Source: Candidatus Kapaibacterium sp.
Lineage (GTDB): Bacteria > Bacteroidota > Ignavibacteria > Kapaibacteriales > UBA2268
Reading direction: 5' to 3'
Assembly (NCBI GenBank): GCA_963665665.1
Contig: OY762428.1
Location: forward strand, 128,001 to 192,000
DNA: 64,000 nt
In this document: piece after piece, positions 49,545-59,941 of the stretch
Position numbering within the stretch: the stretch's first letter is position 1
Layout: every line of letters begins with the position of its first letter
Position numbers and translations under genes: made by a program
Notes under the pieces: model-generated
What the model was told of the DNA's origin: nothing
Database searches by the model: none
What the model saw: only the letters and a program-made list of their open reading frames with translations

Positions 49545-50536
49545 CGCGGAACCTCGATTTTCTTCAATATCTCCCTGATAATAGCATCGGCTGTTGTTCC
49601 TTCCATTTCTTTTTCAGGAGTTAGTATCAGTCTGTGCCGCAGCACATAAGGTGTAAGGAACTGAACGTCTTCAGGCGAAATAAAATCCCTGCCGTTTACT
49701 GCTGCAAAAGCTTTTGCAGCCGCCATCAGGTAGATAGACGCCCTGGGCGAACCGCCAAGCAGTATGCCCGGGTATGATCTGGTCTGGGTAATTATTTCGG
49801 CAATATATTTCATCAGTTTATCGTTTACGCGCACTTCATGAGCCATTTTTTTATATTCAGCCAATTCTTCAACTTTTATCACGGGATGAATATCTTCAAC
49901 CGAGCTGTGGTTGATATTGGCATGTTTCATCTTAAGTATGTTTACTTCTTCATCCAGGTTGGGGTATTCCAGATCAATTTTGAAAATAAACCTGTCAAGC
50001 TGAGCTTCCGGCAGGCGGTAAGTACCTTCCTGCTCAATAGGATTTTGCGTGGCTATAACAAAGAAAGGCTGCTCCAGAGTATGTGTAAGCCCGTCTATGG
50101 TTATCTGCCTTTCCTCCATGGATTCGAACAGAGCTGCCTGGGTTTTGGCGGGGGAACGGTTTATCTCGTCCACGTGGAGTATATTTGTAAAAACCGGCCC
50201 CTTTTTCAATTCAAAATCAGCTGATTTAGGATTGAATACTGAAGTACCGAGAATATCCGACGGCATCAGGTCTGGTGTAAACTGAACTCGGTTGTGCCGG
50301 GCGGCAATACTTTTTGCCAGTATCTTTGCTATAAGTGTTTTGGCAATGCCGGGAACACCCTCAAGAAGTACGTGTCCGTCAGCAAGAAGTGCAGTAAGCA
50401 GGAGGTCTGTCAGTTTTTTCTGGCCAACAATTTTCGAGGAAATGTTTTGCCTTACCCTGTCGGCGCCATCCTTTAGTTTGCCGAGATTCAGCCTTGGGGC
50501 GAAATCTTTTTCTATATTATTTTCAAAATCAGCCAT
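49541..50536 (-). CDS. MoxR-family AAA+ ATPase
   Basis: GHVLLEGVPGIAKT, QFTPDLMPSD, DEINRSPAKTQAAL, ATQNPIEQEGTYRLPEAQLDRF. Confidence 0.96.
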   Translation of the reverse strand: MADFENNIEKDFAPRLNLGKLKDGADRVRQNISSKIVGQKKLTDLLLTALLADGHVLLEGVPGIAKTLIAKILAKSIAARHNRVQFTPDLMPSDILGTSVFNPKSADFELKKGPVFTNILHVDEINRSPAKTQAALFESMEERQITIDGLTHTLEQPFFVIATQNPIEQEGTYRLPEAQLDRFIFKIDLEYPNLDEEVNILKMKHANINHSSVEDIHPVIKVEELAEYKKMAHEVRVNDKLMKYIAEIITQTRSYPGILLGGSPRASIYLMAAAKAFAAVNGRDFISPEDVQFLTPYVLRHRLILTPEKEMEGTTADAIIREILKKIEVPR

Positions 50537-51731
50537 AATTAACCTTTTTATAGAATTTATTTATTGTTTCGTTCAGATCTTTGAGTTCATCTATTTTTAT
50601 TTCAATACCTTTATCTATTTTTGATTGGGTTGTAAATATCCTGATAATATCCTGAACCGGGAATCCTGATTTTAAGCTAATAATGTTTGCTGTATCAGGA
50701 TTGAGATTTGTTGTGTTTACGAATAATTTCCTACGAACAAAACCGAGAAAATGATCAATTTTTTTCTTTGCTGTCAGGCCGTGGTTTTTATTCGAGAAGT
50801 ATAGGTTTGCCAGAGTTCGTACAAAATCAAGCGTCATATTGCTTAGCGGCCTGATAATAGGTATAGCCGCCTGTCTTCTTTTCACGTTGAAAACCAATGC
50901 AATTAGCAGCAGGATAGTGATCAGGTATATCATATTCCTAAGAGAATCCTGACTAAGGAAAAACCTGAGCGGGCTTTGTGATTCACCAAATTTTTCGTTG
51001 TAATATGCATCCCGGATAATTACGGGCGAGTCTATATATGACAGGCACTTATAAGTATACTCGCCGTTCTTTTCATTTAGAATATGATAATTCGTAAATG
51101 AATATGGCGACAAATGTAGGAAAAATTCTCCTTTGCCGTATTTCACTTTGATAAAATTGATTTTATCCAATCCGAAAAATCCGAGAGCTGTTGTATTGGT
51201 AGTATCAAATTTTGAGAAATACCACTGGAAACTACCCCGCGCGAAATCATAGCTTGTTTTGGAAGCAAGTGCGGGATTATAAAAATTCAGGCTGGCAGTA
51301 TCGTACTGAATCTTTTCCGGAGTAATTTTTTCCATTACAAAATGAACATTTATCCTTACATTCAATGAGTCGGTAAACAAATAATCCCCAAAATAATTTG
51401 ATGAAATAAAAGCCGAAGCGCCTTGTTTTACCCGTTTGAACAATTTAAAAACACTATAATGATCGATTTCAGCAATACCCGTATAAAAATAGCAAAAATC
51501 GTTGTTCTCAACGGAATTCAGAGTTTCGTAAACAGATTTGCTGCTTTCCATTATTTTCCTGTCCGGAAAAACATCAGTCAAAGTATTGTTCAGCACGTAA
51601 GCGCCAAAAGGAATTTTATCATTTTGGGAAAAAGTCGGAGTCCAGTCAATCTGCTTTGGCGCTGATAACTCAACAATAACCATCAGGGCGAATAGCAGTA
51701 TGATAAACAATATGTATAATTTTTTAGTCAT
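50529..51731 (-). CDS. DUF4350-like domain protein
   Basis: IDW.PTF...DKIPFG.Y, KRRQ..IP, TLDFVRT.ANLY. Conserved position in the MoxR cluster. Confidence 0.75.
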   Translation of the reverse strand: MTKKLYILFIILLFALMVIVELSAPKQIDWTPTFSQNDKIPFGAYVLNNTLTDVFPDRKIMESSKSVYETLNSVENNDFCYFYTGIAEIDHYSVFKLFKRVKQGASAFISSNYFGDYLFTDSLNVRINVHFVMEKITPEKIQYDTASLNFYNPALASKTSYDFARGSFQWYFSKFDTTNTTALGFFGLDKINFIKVKYGKGEFFLHLSPYSFTNYHILNEKNGEYTYKCLSYIDSPVIIRDAYYNEKFGESQSPLRFFLSQDSLRNMIYLITILLLIALVFNVKRRQAAIPIIRPLSNMTLDFVRTLANLYFSNKNHGLTAKKKIDHFLGFVRRKLFVNTTNLNPDTANIISLKSGFPVQDIIRIFTTQSKIDKGIEIKIDELKDLNETINKFYKKVNYG

Positions 51732-52479
51732 TTGTTTCCAACTCTTCCATTATACTGACAACTGAATTTTTCACCTTATTATATATTTCTCTTGAAGGTT
51801 CGAACTCTCCGTAATAAACATATTCGAAATATATCGTCATACCCGAGAAAATATCCCTTAGCCTGTTGCTTTCAATTTCATAGATATAATCCCTGTTTGT
51901 TTTATCCCTACTGTAAGTAATTATTTCTCTGTCTGCCATATTTTTCAGAGCCTTCAGATAATTAAGCCGCAGGGCCAGTTTTATATCGTCCTTTTTCTCG
52001 GCCTTGGCTATCAGTTCGTCGAAATCAGGTTCTGAATCAATTAATTCATCATCAATATTCAGGCTTATATCGTTTCCGCCCCTGCCAATAGGTTTGGATA
52101 TACGGCTTTCAATTATTTTTAATATGATAATTACGGCAACCAGCACCATAGCGCCGTATAGAATACCCTTTCCGATTGGATTGGCTCTTGCACCAAAGAA
52201 GAATCGGAGAATTTTGTTATAGAGCCACCTCCAGATTTCATCAATGATAGATGGCTTCTGCTCCCGTTCATCAAGATAATTAAAATCATTATCAGAACGG
52301 TAGTTCTCTAATTTATCATTTGGCGGTGCAAACGGATCAATTTGGGAATTATCGCAATGTACTTCCTTGAACAAAACCGTAGATGCTTCTTCAACAGCTA
52401 AGCTGTCCTGAGCGGTCAACCCGGGTAAAGCAAAAAAACATGATAATAAAACAATATGTATAAGCAAGAATATTCTCAC
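51724..52479 (-). CDS. DUF4129-like domain membrane protein
   Basis: ALRLNYL..L, KTNRDY..E, FEYVYYGEF. Confidence 0.78.
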   Translation of the reverse strand: MRIFLLIHIVLLSCFFALPGLTAQDSLAVEEASTVLFKEVHCDNSQIDPFAPPNDKLENYRSDNDFNYLDEREQKPSIIDEIWRWLYNKILRFFFGARANPIGKGILYGAMVLVAVIIILKIIESRISKPIGRGGNDISLNIDDELIDSEPDFDELIAKAEKKDDIKLALRLNYLKALKNMADREIITYSRDKTNRDYIYEIESNRLRDIFSGMTIYFEYVYYGEFEPSREIYNKVKNSVVSIMEELETND

Positions 52480-53489
52480 TATATATCCTTTGGCATAAAT
52501 CGTTCAGGATTTTCTTTGTCCTCTTCCCCGTCGTCTTTATTATCACTTTCATTTTTTTCTTCCGGCATATCTTTTTCCAGTTTCGCAGCGAGAGAATCTA
52601 CTTTTGCTGTCAGCCCGCAGGCTTCTTTGCGCTCCCTCATATTGAAGAAATGCAAAGCATTAAAAACATCAATAATCAGCGTTGAAACATATCCCAGGCT
52701 GGAAATTGCCGAAGCAATAATTATTACTGTTAATCCAAAATATCCCGATTCGGTTGACTCATTTATAAAGAGAATCGAATTAACAACTACTATAACAACC
52801 TGCGGAATACTAAATATAAAATTAACTACCTGGATAATTATACCGAGGAGCAGTAGTATTCCAAATGTAAACCACCACTTTCCCTTTATAAGGAAAAAGG
52901 ACCTTTTGGGCGCATCGATTACTTTTTGTTCTTCGAAAGCAATAGAGGGGATGCAGAATATCATTGTAATCATGAAATATAAGGCTAATGGTGTAAGTAC
53001 AAAACCTAAAAATATTCCCATGCCAATACTACCTGAAAAGGTAAGCATAAATGTAGGAACGGCAACAATCGCGGGAATCAAAATTAGCAAAAGTGTAAGA
53101 CCGAGGAATTTTTTAAAAAACGGCCATATATATTTTTTGATTATCTGCTCGTCAGGCGAGTGGCCTTCCTCGAGATAAGCTTTTATATAGGCGTTCGGAA
53201 CAGTTCTTAACATTACACCGAAAATTATCATAACAGCATAGAGTATAATAAGTTCCATGCCGGAATAAGGCAGATATGAAAACCCCTGCATTAATTCGGG
53301 ATTAAAACTAAACGGCGCAATATTAACCAGTCCGCTGATTATACCCACTATTAAAGCAAAAGGAAATACATATATAAACATCATTTTCAACAATTGTTTA
53401 AGTTCATTCCTGACAAATGTAAAAGTATCAGAAAACAGTTCATTGAAATTTCTGACTTTCTCGAATTCAATTTTTTGATGATGTTCCAT
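52479..53489 (-). CDS. Membrane protein of the SpoIIM/MoxR cluster
   Basis: IEFEKVRNF.ELFSDTF.F, RSF.LIKGKWW.TFG, multi-TM. Confidence 0.75.
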   Translation of the reverse strand: MEHHQKIEFEKVRNFNELFSDTFTFVRNELKQLLKMMFIYVFPFALIVGIISGLVNIAPFSFNPELMQGFSYLPYSGMELIILYAVMIIFGVMLRTVPNAYIKAYLEEGHSPDEQIIKKYIWPFFKKFLGLTLLLILIPAIVAVPTFMLTFSGSIGMGIFLGFVLTPLALYFMITMIFCIPSIAFEEQKVIDAPKRSFFLIKGKWWFTFGILLLLGIIIQVVNFIFSIPQVVIVVVNSILFINESTESGYFGLTVIIIASAISSLGYVSTLIIDVFNALHFFNMRERKEACGLTAKVDSLAAKLEKDMPEEKNESDNKDDGEEDKENPERFMPKDI

Positions 53490-54441
53490 CTTGTTTCCTC
53501 TGTAAATTGTAGGGATAAATAATAAAATAGTAGATCATAAAAGCAAATGACGAAATAATGATTGGAAATGCTATCCAGTCCGACATTTCAGTGTGTCGGG
53601 TAACAAATCCTTCAAGAAATCCTGCTACTATGAATATCGGAATAAGCCCGAAGACTATTTTCACTCCGTTTTTTGCTCCGAACCTGAACGAATCCCGACG
53701 CTTGAAAGTACCCGGGAACAGAATACTGTTACCTATCACCATACCCGCAGCACCGGCTATTACAATGGCAGATATTTCCAAAGCACCATGTATCCAGACT
53801 GTCCGGAAGCTCTCGTAGAACAGGCCCCGCTGAATAAAGAAATAAAAAAAAGCTCCAAGCATTACGCCGTTTGAGAATAAAATATAGCCAGCTCCAACCG
53901 AAAAGAAAACCCCAAAAGCGAAAGCATAGAAAGATACCCTTACATTATTCAGCGTGATGCCAAGAAACATTTCAATTTCGTTAGCTTTTTTGTAAACAGC
54001 CATGGGATCGTTGTTCTTTATATTTTCTATCGTCATATTCACGTAGGCATCGCCCATGATCAGCCTGACAAAACCATCGTCAAAAGCAGTGGACATACCT
54101 CCGATGAATACCCCGAAAAGCGTTACTATAAACGAAATTATTATTTCCCGACGGGAACGGGCAAGTATCAAAGGCAGTTCAATTAAAATGAATTTTTTTA
54201 GCCTGCTGCTGTCTTCTTTTTTATTTCTGTAAATAATTCTGTGTATCTTTGCAGAAAGCTGGTTCAGATACCTTGTGGTTTTACTTGAAGGATAGAAGGT
54301 TCTTGCATAAGAAAGATCGTCCATGGTTTGAATATACAATCCCGCTAACTGATCGGGGTCGGGAGTTTCTTTCGAGTCAATCATGGATTCAAACTCTTCC
54401 CACTTATCCTTGTTTTCCTTAAGAAACCTTACTTCTTTCAT
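53467..54441 (-). CDS. Stage II sporulation protein M family membrane protein
   Basis: MKE..F...NK.KW, DDLSYARTFYP, NNVRV, WIHG.LEI, AGFLEGFVTR. Confidence 0.92.
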   Translation of the reverse strand: MKEVRFLKENKDKWEEFESMIDSKETPDPDQLAGLYIQTMDDLSYARTFYPSSKTTRYLNQLSAKIHRIIYRNKKEDSSRLKKFILIELPLILARSRREIIISFIVTLFGVFIGGMSTAFDDGFVRLIMGDAYVNMTIENIKNNDPMAVYKKANEIEMFLGITLNNVRVSFYAFAFGVFFSVGAGYILFSNGVMLGAFFYFFIQRGLFYESFRTVWIHGALEISAIVIAGAAGMVIGNSILFPGTFKRRDSFRFGAKNGVKIVFGLIPIFIVAGFLEGFVTRHTEMSDWIAFPIIISSFAFMIYYFIIYPYNLQRKQDGTSSKN

Positions 54442-54497
54442 TCGGCTCTGAGCTTGTTTAAAACAACAAAATTGTAAATTAATAAATTTTTTTGGAT

Positions 54498-55238
54498 ATG
54501 GAAAATATTAATATTGATACCACGCAAAATGTTAGTATCAGCTACAATGCCGCCAGCGTTGGTGAAAGGATACTTGCTTACTTCGTTGATGCAATTTTTC
54601 TTATAATATATGCCATTGCTGTTATCTTTTTCATTGATTTCATTAAAGATAAAATAGATATTCCGTGGATTGGTATTTCTCTGCTAATAATTCTGGCAAT
54701 TCCTTTTCTCTTTTATGATCTTCTATGCGAGCAATTCATGGAAGGGCAAAGCTTTGGCAAGAAAATCGTAAAATTAAAAGTAGTAAAACTCGATGGTTCT
54801 GCGCCCGGATTCAGTTCATATTTTCTTCGCTGGATACTCAGGCCGGTTGATATCAGCTTATTTAATGGTGTGATATCAATTGTAACTATTTTAATCAATG
54901 GTAAAGGACAGAGGCTCGGGGATATTGCTGCTCATACCTGTGTGATAACTTTGAAGGAAGACGTATCGATTAGGGATACGATATATTACGAGACCGATGA
55001 TGATTATCAGCCGCTATTCCCTCAGGCAGAACAGCTTGATGAAGAAGATATTGTTATTATTAAAGAACTTATCGACAGTGGCTCCGGTATTGATATACCT
55101 GAAAATGTTGTTGAAAACGAGTGGAAAGCCAAGAAAATTATCTGCCAACGCCTTGAGATTGAATCTGACCTAAGGCCTTTGGATTTCTTCCGCGTTCTGA
55201 TCAGGGATTATAATCATATTCACGGCAGGCTGGATTGA
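54498..55238 (+). CDS. RDD family protein
   Basis: I.TTQNV.I.Y..ASVGERILAY.VD, GQSFGK, QRLGD.AA.T.VI. Confidence 0.92.
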   Translation: MENINIDTTQNVSISYNAASVGERILAYFVDAIFLIIYAIAVIFFIDFIKDKIDIPWIGISLLIILAIPFLFYDLLCEQFMEGQSFGKKIVKLKVVKLDGSAPGFSSYFLRWILRPVDISLFNGVISIVTILINGKGQRLGDIAAHTCVITLKEDVSIRDTIYYETDDDYQPLFPQAEQLDEEDIVIIKELIDSGSGIDIPENVVENEWKAKKIICQRLEIESDLRPLDFFRVLIRDYNHIHGRLD

Positions 55239-55440
55239 TAAATTAATCTGTGTTTTAAATAATCACATACTAAGCAGAAAAATTGGGAGATTTCATTAAG
55301 CAGCATATCTGCAAAATTTACCACCAGGAATTATTTCCCGAACCAAAGTATGCATAGCCATTCCTTGTACTTTTTTCTTTCGTATCTATTGTCCGGAAGA
55401 ATACATACAATGTTTAGCAGGTATCTGGTTGGCCAGAAAA

Positions 55441-56301
55441 TTAATTATCGCTTTTATAAAAGTATCCGTCCAAAAAAGCTTTGCGAACGGTTTTCTTTTC
55501 CTCCTGAGTAGCGACTCTTTTCAACCAACGGAAAAGATAGCCGAAAGGCCGGATAAGCCTTACGGGCAAGGAGCCGTGAAGAATATCAATGGCAATAATG
55601 TTCCGCACAATATAATATAATTTCCAACCGTATTCTGTGTTCGTATCAGGAGCTTGCAGCTTCCTGTTCAGCCTGGCATCGCGAACGATAGCTATATCAA
55701 AACCCTTTTTAAACGCACGAATGAAATATTCCGTATCATCGCCGTAAATAAAGAATTTCTTCTCCGGCAGGCCGCATTTACTGATTACATCGCGGTGCAT
55801 CATGGGGCCTTCGAAGGTTATTCCCTCGGCAGGTATAAGTTCCTTATCCAGATCTTTTTTTGAAATAATGTCTATCCAGATACTTGAAAATGGATTGGAC
55901 ATATTATAATGCAGGGCATCGTTGATGAACATTTCGCCATCCGGCCTGTACCTTAGCGGCGTTCTGATCAAATTAGTATCCGGGAACCGTAAAAGCTGCT
56001 CAAGGCAGTCCTGCGCCGGTACAACGTCGTCGTCCATAGTCCAAATCCAATAGTGCCCGGTTTCATAAGCAGTTTTTATCCCCGTGTATTGCCCTCCGGA
56101 ACTTCCAACATTGTCCTGAGTTACAACGGTCAGACCTTCCTGCTCTTTCAGCCATTCGCCCGTACCATCTGTACTTGAATTATTAACAACAATTATTTCA
56201 TCCGGTTTTCGGGTCTGATTCTTAATAGCGCCAATTATCTCCTTCAGGAAATCTAATCTGTTGAACGTTATTACAACAACTCCTACTGTTTGATCTTTCA
56301 T
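55441..56301 (-). CDS. Glycosyltransferase family 2
   Basis: VVITFNR, VNNSSTDGT, MDDD, FFIYGDD.EY. Confidence 0.92.
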   Translation of the reverse strand: MKDQTVGVVVITFNRLDFLKEIIGAIKNQTRKPDEIIVVNNSSTDGTGEWLKEQEGLTVVTQDNVGSSGGQYTGIKTAYETGHYWIWTMDDDVVPAQDCLEQLLRFPDTNLIRTPLRYRPDGEMFINDALHYNMSNPFSSIWIDIISKKDLDKELIPAEGITFEGPMMHRDVISKCGLPEKKFFIYGDDTEYFIRAFKKGFDIAIVRDARLNRKLQAPDTNTEYGWKLYYIVRNIIAIDILHGSLPVRLIRPFGYLFRWLKRVATQEEKKTVRKAFLDGYFYKSDN

Positions 56302-56780
56302 TTCTTCACGTATAATTTTTCAGGTATAACAAACATCGAATTATTATCATTATCAATTATAAATTTCTTGATAATTTCCTGCGCCTCGTTGTGGGATGGT
56401 ATCAATATTCTGCCGAAGCATTCCGGGTAGGAAAGCCAAAGATAATCGTCATGCTCATGCGACAATTCCACATTTCCCCTGCCTGTTTCAACTGCAAAAA
56501 CAGGCGAGAAATTAACTTCGTCTGTATATGGATTAAAAAATCTGCCAACATAAGGAACGTTCCATACCGTTTCCGGAACCAGCCCTGTTTCCTCTTTCAA
56601 TTCCCGGACTGCACACTGAACAGCCGTTTCACCATCATTCAGAGTACCGGTAACAAATTGCCAGACACCGGGGTAAATTTCTTCATCATCAGCACGCCTT
56701 AGTATAAGGAATTCATAATTCCCTAAATCATCTCTGCGAAAAACATGAACCTGTACAGTATTTGACCTGAATCCGGGCAT
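56298..56780 (-). CDS. NUDIX hydrolase (NudB-like)
   Basis: WQFVTG, Nudix box G.....GET...CAVRELKEETG, LSHEH..Y.W. Confidence 0.9.
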   Translation of the reverse strand: MPGFRSNTVQVHVFRRDDLGNYEFLILRRADDEEIYPGVWQFVTGTLNDGETAVQCAVRELKEETGLVPETVWNVPYVGRFFNPYTDEVNFSPVFAVETGRGNVELSHEHDDYLWLSYPECFGRILIPSHNEAQEIIKKFIIDNDNNSMFVIPEKLYVKK

Positions 56781-57940
56781 CAGCAATATCTTTCCGTAAA
56801 TTCCAGAAGAACTTTCTCATCGGACTGCCAGTTGTATTTTTCTCTGAACGCTTTAATACCGTTTTCAGAAAATATTTTATAATCCAAATTTGAATAGTTC
56901 AGTATATTATCAGCTATAATATCGGGATCCGAACAATCAACGGAAATTCCGGCATTTGTTTCATTTACAATTCTTTCCAGGGGCTTGGCTTTCGATACAA
57001 AAACCGGCTTGCCCGCCGCGAAATAATCAAATATCTTGTTATGTATGGTATAATTATTAAAATCATTCACCTGGTATGGAATCACGCCAATATCAAATCC
57101 TGATATAATTCCGCTAAGTTCTGAAAATTCATACCTTCCTGACAGATTGATTTTATCGCGATGCGCAGAAGAAGCAACTATCTGCTTCACATCATCAAAA
57201 ACATCTCCCTCGCCAGCAAGATGCAAACGGATATTTTCATTTTCTGAAGCTGCAATAATAAAACCTTTTACGAAATTTGCAACACTTTTCTCGGCAGTCA
57301 TATTCCCGTGGTGGCCGAAAACAACCGGCGGTTCAGAGCAGCCTGTCCTGATATTTTTAAAAGAATCAAAATCCGGCGTATTATGCACGACAACAATATT
57401 ATCAGTTTTATAGTTAAAATCATCAGCAAGGCGCTGAATTTGTTCGCTGCAAACCACAATTACGCCGTCCATATATTTCAGGCTGTTTCTTTCGGTAATA
57501 TCCGGCACCTTTGCCTTGTGCATCAGGAATCTGCGGAAAGCATTTGAATTATATTTTTTCCATTCGCGCATTGCAGCAGGATAATTTTCAGCCATATCCA
57601 TTATTACGGGTATGTCATATTTTCTGCCAGCTTTGCCGGCTGCAACACCAAGCATGATTTCGCGGGGCATTATAACATCTGGTTTAAATCTTTGTACTGC
57701 CTTTTCAATTTCACTTTTCCAGTTCGGATTGAAAGAAACAGGCTCCATTAAATGGCGTTTTTTTCCATATCCTGCACGGTAAATATTTATACCGTCAATA
57801 ATTTCTTCTTGTTGGTCTTCGCCGTTCCAGCGGGCAAGCATCAATACTTCCCAGCCGTTATTAACGAAAGATTTGCAAACTTTTTCCACCCTGACATCCC
57901 AGGGATAAGGGCCTTTCCATATATATAATACTTTTTTCAA
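56780..57940 (-). CDS. Glycosyltransferase family 4
   Basis: YPWDVRVEK, NK.FDY.AAGKPV GT-B signature. Confidence 0.9.
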   Translation of the reverse strand: MKKVLYIWKGPYPWDVRVEKVCKSFVNNGWEVLMLARWNGEDQQEEIIDGINIYRAGYGKKRHLMEPVSFNPNWKSEIEKAVQRFKPDVIMPREIMLGVAAGKAGRKYDIPVIMDMAENYPAAMREWKKYNSNAFRRFLMHKAKVPDITERNSLKYMDGVIVVCSEQIQRLADDFNYKTDNIVVVHNTPDFDSFKNIRTGCSEPPVVFGHHGNMTAEKSVANFVKGFIIAASENENIRLHLAGEGDVFDDVKQIVASSAHRDKINLSGRYEFSELSGIISGFDIGVIPYQVNDFNNYTIHNKIFDYFAAGKPVFVSKAKPLERIVNETNAGISVDCSDPDIIADNILNYSNLDYKIFSENGIKAFREKYNWQSDEKVLLEFTERYC

Positions 57941-58830
57941 GCAGCAGATTCACCGGGTTTCTTTATTCTGCTCAGGCCGTAGGAAACAGCAGCTCCGACA
58001 ATCAGGAACACAGTGCTGATAATTATAATAATCGGATTGAAGTTGATAATATCCTTCACTTCTACTCCAATCTGGAAATTTGAAGCAAGAATAAGCCCGA
58101 GAATAAAATAGTAAGTTGCAGGAGGATATTTTTTCAGAAGTATATTAATTACTTTCGCGCATACAACAATGCCAAGAACAACGCCAATACCGATAAAGAT
58201 AATCGGAACAATCATTCTCTGGTCAACAAAATAAACAACATTGTTATATTCCCCGAGGCTAAGCAGCAGGGCCGATCCGGAAAATCCCGGCAAAACCATT
58301 GAACCGCCACCAAGAAAACCGCAAAGCGTCAGCCACAAACCGTAGCCGAAATCAATATCAGTCATTTTTAAGATTCCGAACAATTCTCCTGTTACTTCAT
58401 AATTTGCAGATGAGCCGCCGTCGGAGCCAAGCAATGCCGTGGCAACTACCATTACAAAAGCAAGTATGATCAATGAAAATCTCCTGATATTGAATTTCAT
58501 ATCCGGGTGAAGCTTTAATATCAACGGTATGGAACCGAGTATAAGGCCGAAGAAGAAGAAATAAGTATGCTGTTTTAAAACTTCGGATGCAAAAAGATAT
58601 GTAAATATTTTTGCGAAGATTACAACACCCGCACCGGCTCCGAGGCCGATTGTCAAGAGAAGAATAATATATTTTAGCCGGTTTTTTTTATCTGTTGCAA
58701 AATTTCCGATAGCACCGGTCAGTTCTTCGTAAATTCCGAAAATCACAGCCATTGTGCCGCCGGATACCCCCGGAATAATATTCGCGATACCGATGCCGAT
58801 ACCGCGCAGAAAATTTAATATCAGTTTCAT
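57937..58830 (-). CDS. DUF368 family membrane protein
   Basis: G.ANIIPGVSGGTMA..FGIYE, MVLPGFSGS.LLL.LG.Y. Confidence 0.92.
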   Translation of the reverse strand: MKLILNFLRGIGIGIANIIPGVSGGTMAVIFGIYEELTGAIGNFATDKKNRLKYIILLLTIGLGAGAGVVIFAKIFTYLFASEVLKQHTYFFFFGLILGSIPLILKLHPDMKFNIRRFSLIILAFVMVVATALLGSDGGSSANYEVTGELFGILKMTDIDFGYGLWLTLCGFLGGGSMVLPGFSGSALLLSLGEYNNVVYFVDQRMIVPIIFIGIGVVLGIVVCAKVINILLKKYPPATYYFILGLILASNFQIGVEVKDIINFNPIIIIISTVFLIVGAAVSYGLSRIKKPGESAA

Positions 58831-58884
58831 TTGCCTGCCTGTTTATATTTTTTTACTATCAAAATATCAATTAAAGCTAAAAAA

Positions 58885-58955
58885 TCTGTCATTCTTAGCA
58901 AAGCGAAGTATCTATATCATTATATATGGATTCTTCACTTCGTTCAGAATAACAA
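58885..58955. repeat. Isolated REP-like inverted pair
   Basis: TGTCATTCTTAGCAAAGCGAAGTATC...GATTCTTCACTTCGTTCAGAATAACA. Confidence 0.65.
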
Positions 58956-58987
58956 ATTGCCAAATTAAATAATTTCTAACTTTCAAC

Positions 58988-59941
58988 TTACTTTTCCTCG
59001 TAAACGCCCATTGCGTAGAACTTTTCCCTACGCTTCCTTACAAGTTCCACAGCATCAATACCAATCAGTGCTTTAATTTCATCAATGAAATCCTTTTTCA
59101 AAATTTCATACATCTTTTTCGGGTTTTTGTGAGCGCCGCCAATAGGTTCCTTCACAATTTTATCAATTATTCCCTGTTCCAGTAAATCCGGGGCTGTAAG
59201 TTTCAGAGCTTCTGCGGCCTGCTCTTTGTAGTCCCAGCTTCTCCATAAAATACTGGAGCATGATTCAGGAGAAATAACCGAATACCAGGCATTTTCGAGC
59301 ATCAATATCCTGTCACCAACGCCAATGCCAATAGCTCCGCCCGAAGCTCCCTCGCCAAGGACGCAAACTATTATCGGAACTTTCAACCCGGACATTTGAA
59401 GAAGATTCGCTGCAATTGCTTCGGCCTGTCCCCTGTCCTCGGCTTCAATACCGGGATATGCGCCGGGTGTATCGAGCAGGGTTATCACCGGCCTCTTGAA
59501 TTTTTCAGCCATTGCAAACAGCCTTGCTGCCTTGCGGTATCCTTCGGGGTGCGGCATACCAAAATTATGATGGATATTCGATTTGGTATCTTTGCCTTTC
59601 TGGTGGCCAATCACCATAACCGGCTGATCGTCAATAAATGCCATGCCACCAATTATTGACGGATCGTCGCGGAAATTTCGATCTCCGTGAAGTTCAGTAA
59701 AATCCGTGAAAATATTGTTGATAAACTCTCTTGAAGTAGGCCTGTCCGGATGGCGTGCTATCTGAACTCTCTGCCACCGGGTAAGATTCTTATAAATATC
59801 CTTTTTCAAGTCTTCAACCCTGGATTCCAGGAATGTGATTTCTTTGCTAATATCAATATCTTCCAAAGACCTCATTTCCTGAATTTTCTTTTCCAATTCA
59901 ATGATCGGCTTTTCGAAATCTAATATTTGGTTATTTGCCAC
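58988..59941 (-). CDS. accA: Acetyl-CoA carboxylase carboxyltransferase alpha subunit
   Basis: [61 protein letters not shown]. Confidence 0.98.
   Translation of the reverse strand: MANNQILDFEKPIIELEKKIQEMRSLEDIDISKEITFLESRVEDLKKDIYKNLTRWQRVQIARHPDRPTSREFINNIFTDFTELHGDRNFRDDPSIIGGMAFIDDQPVMVIGHQKGKDTKSNIHHNFGMPHPEGYRKAARLFAMAEKFKRPVITLLDTPGAYPGIEAEDRGQAEAIAANLLQMSGLKVPIIVCVLGEGASGGAIGIGVGDRILMLENAWYSVISPESCSSILWRSWDYKEQAAEALKLTAPDLLEQGIIDKIVKEPIGGAHKNPKKMYEILKKDFIDEIKALIGIDAVELVRKRREKFYAMGVYEEK

Noticed and set aside
52456-53178. 240-aa plus-strand ORF
   Set aside because: Antisense to a membrane-protein gene embedded in a coupled operon
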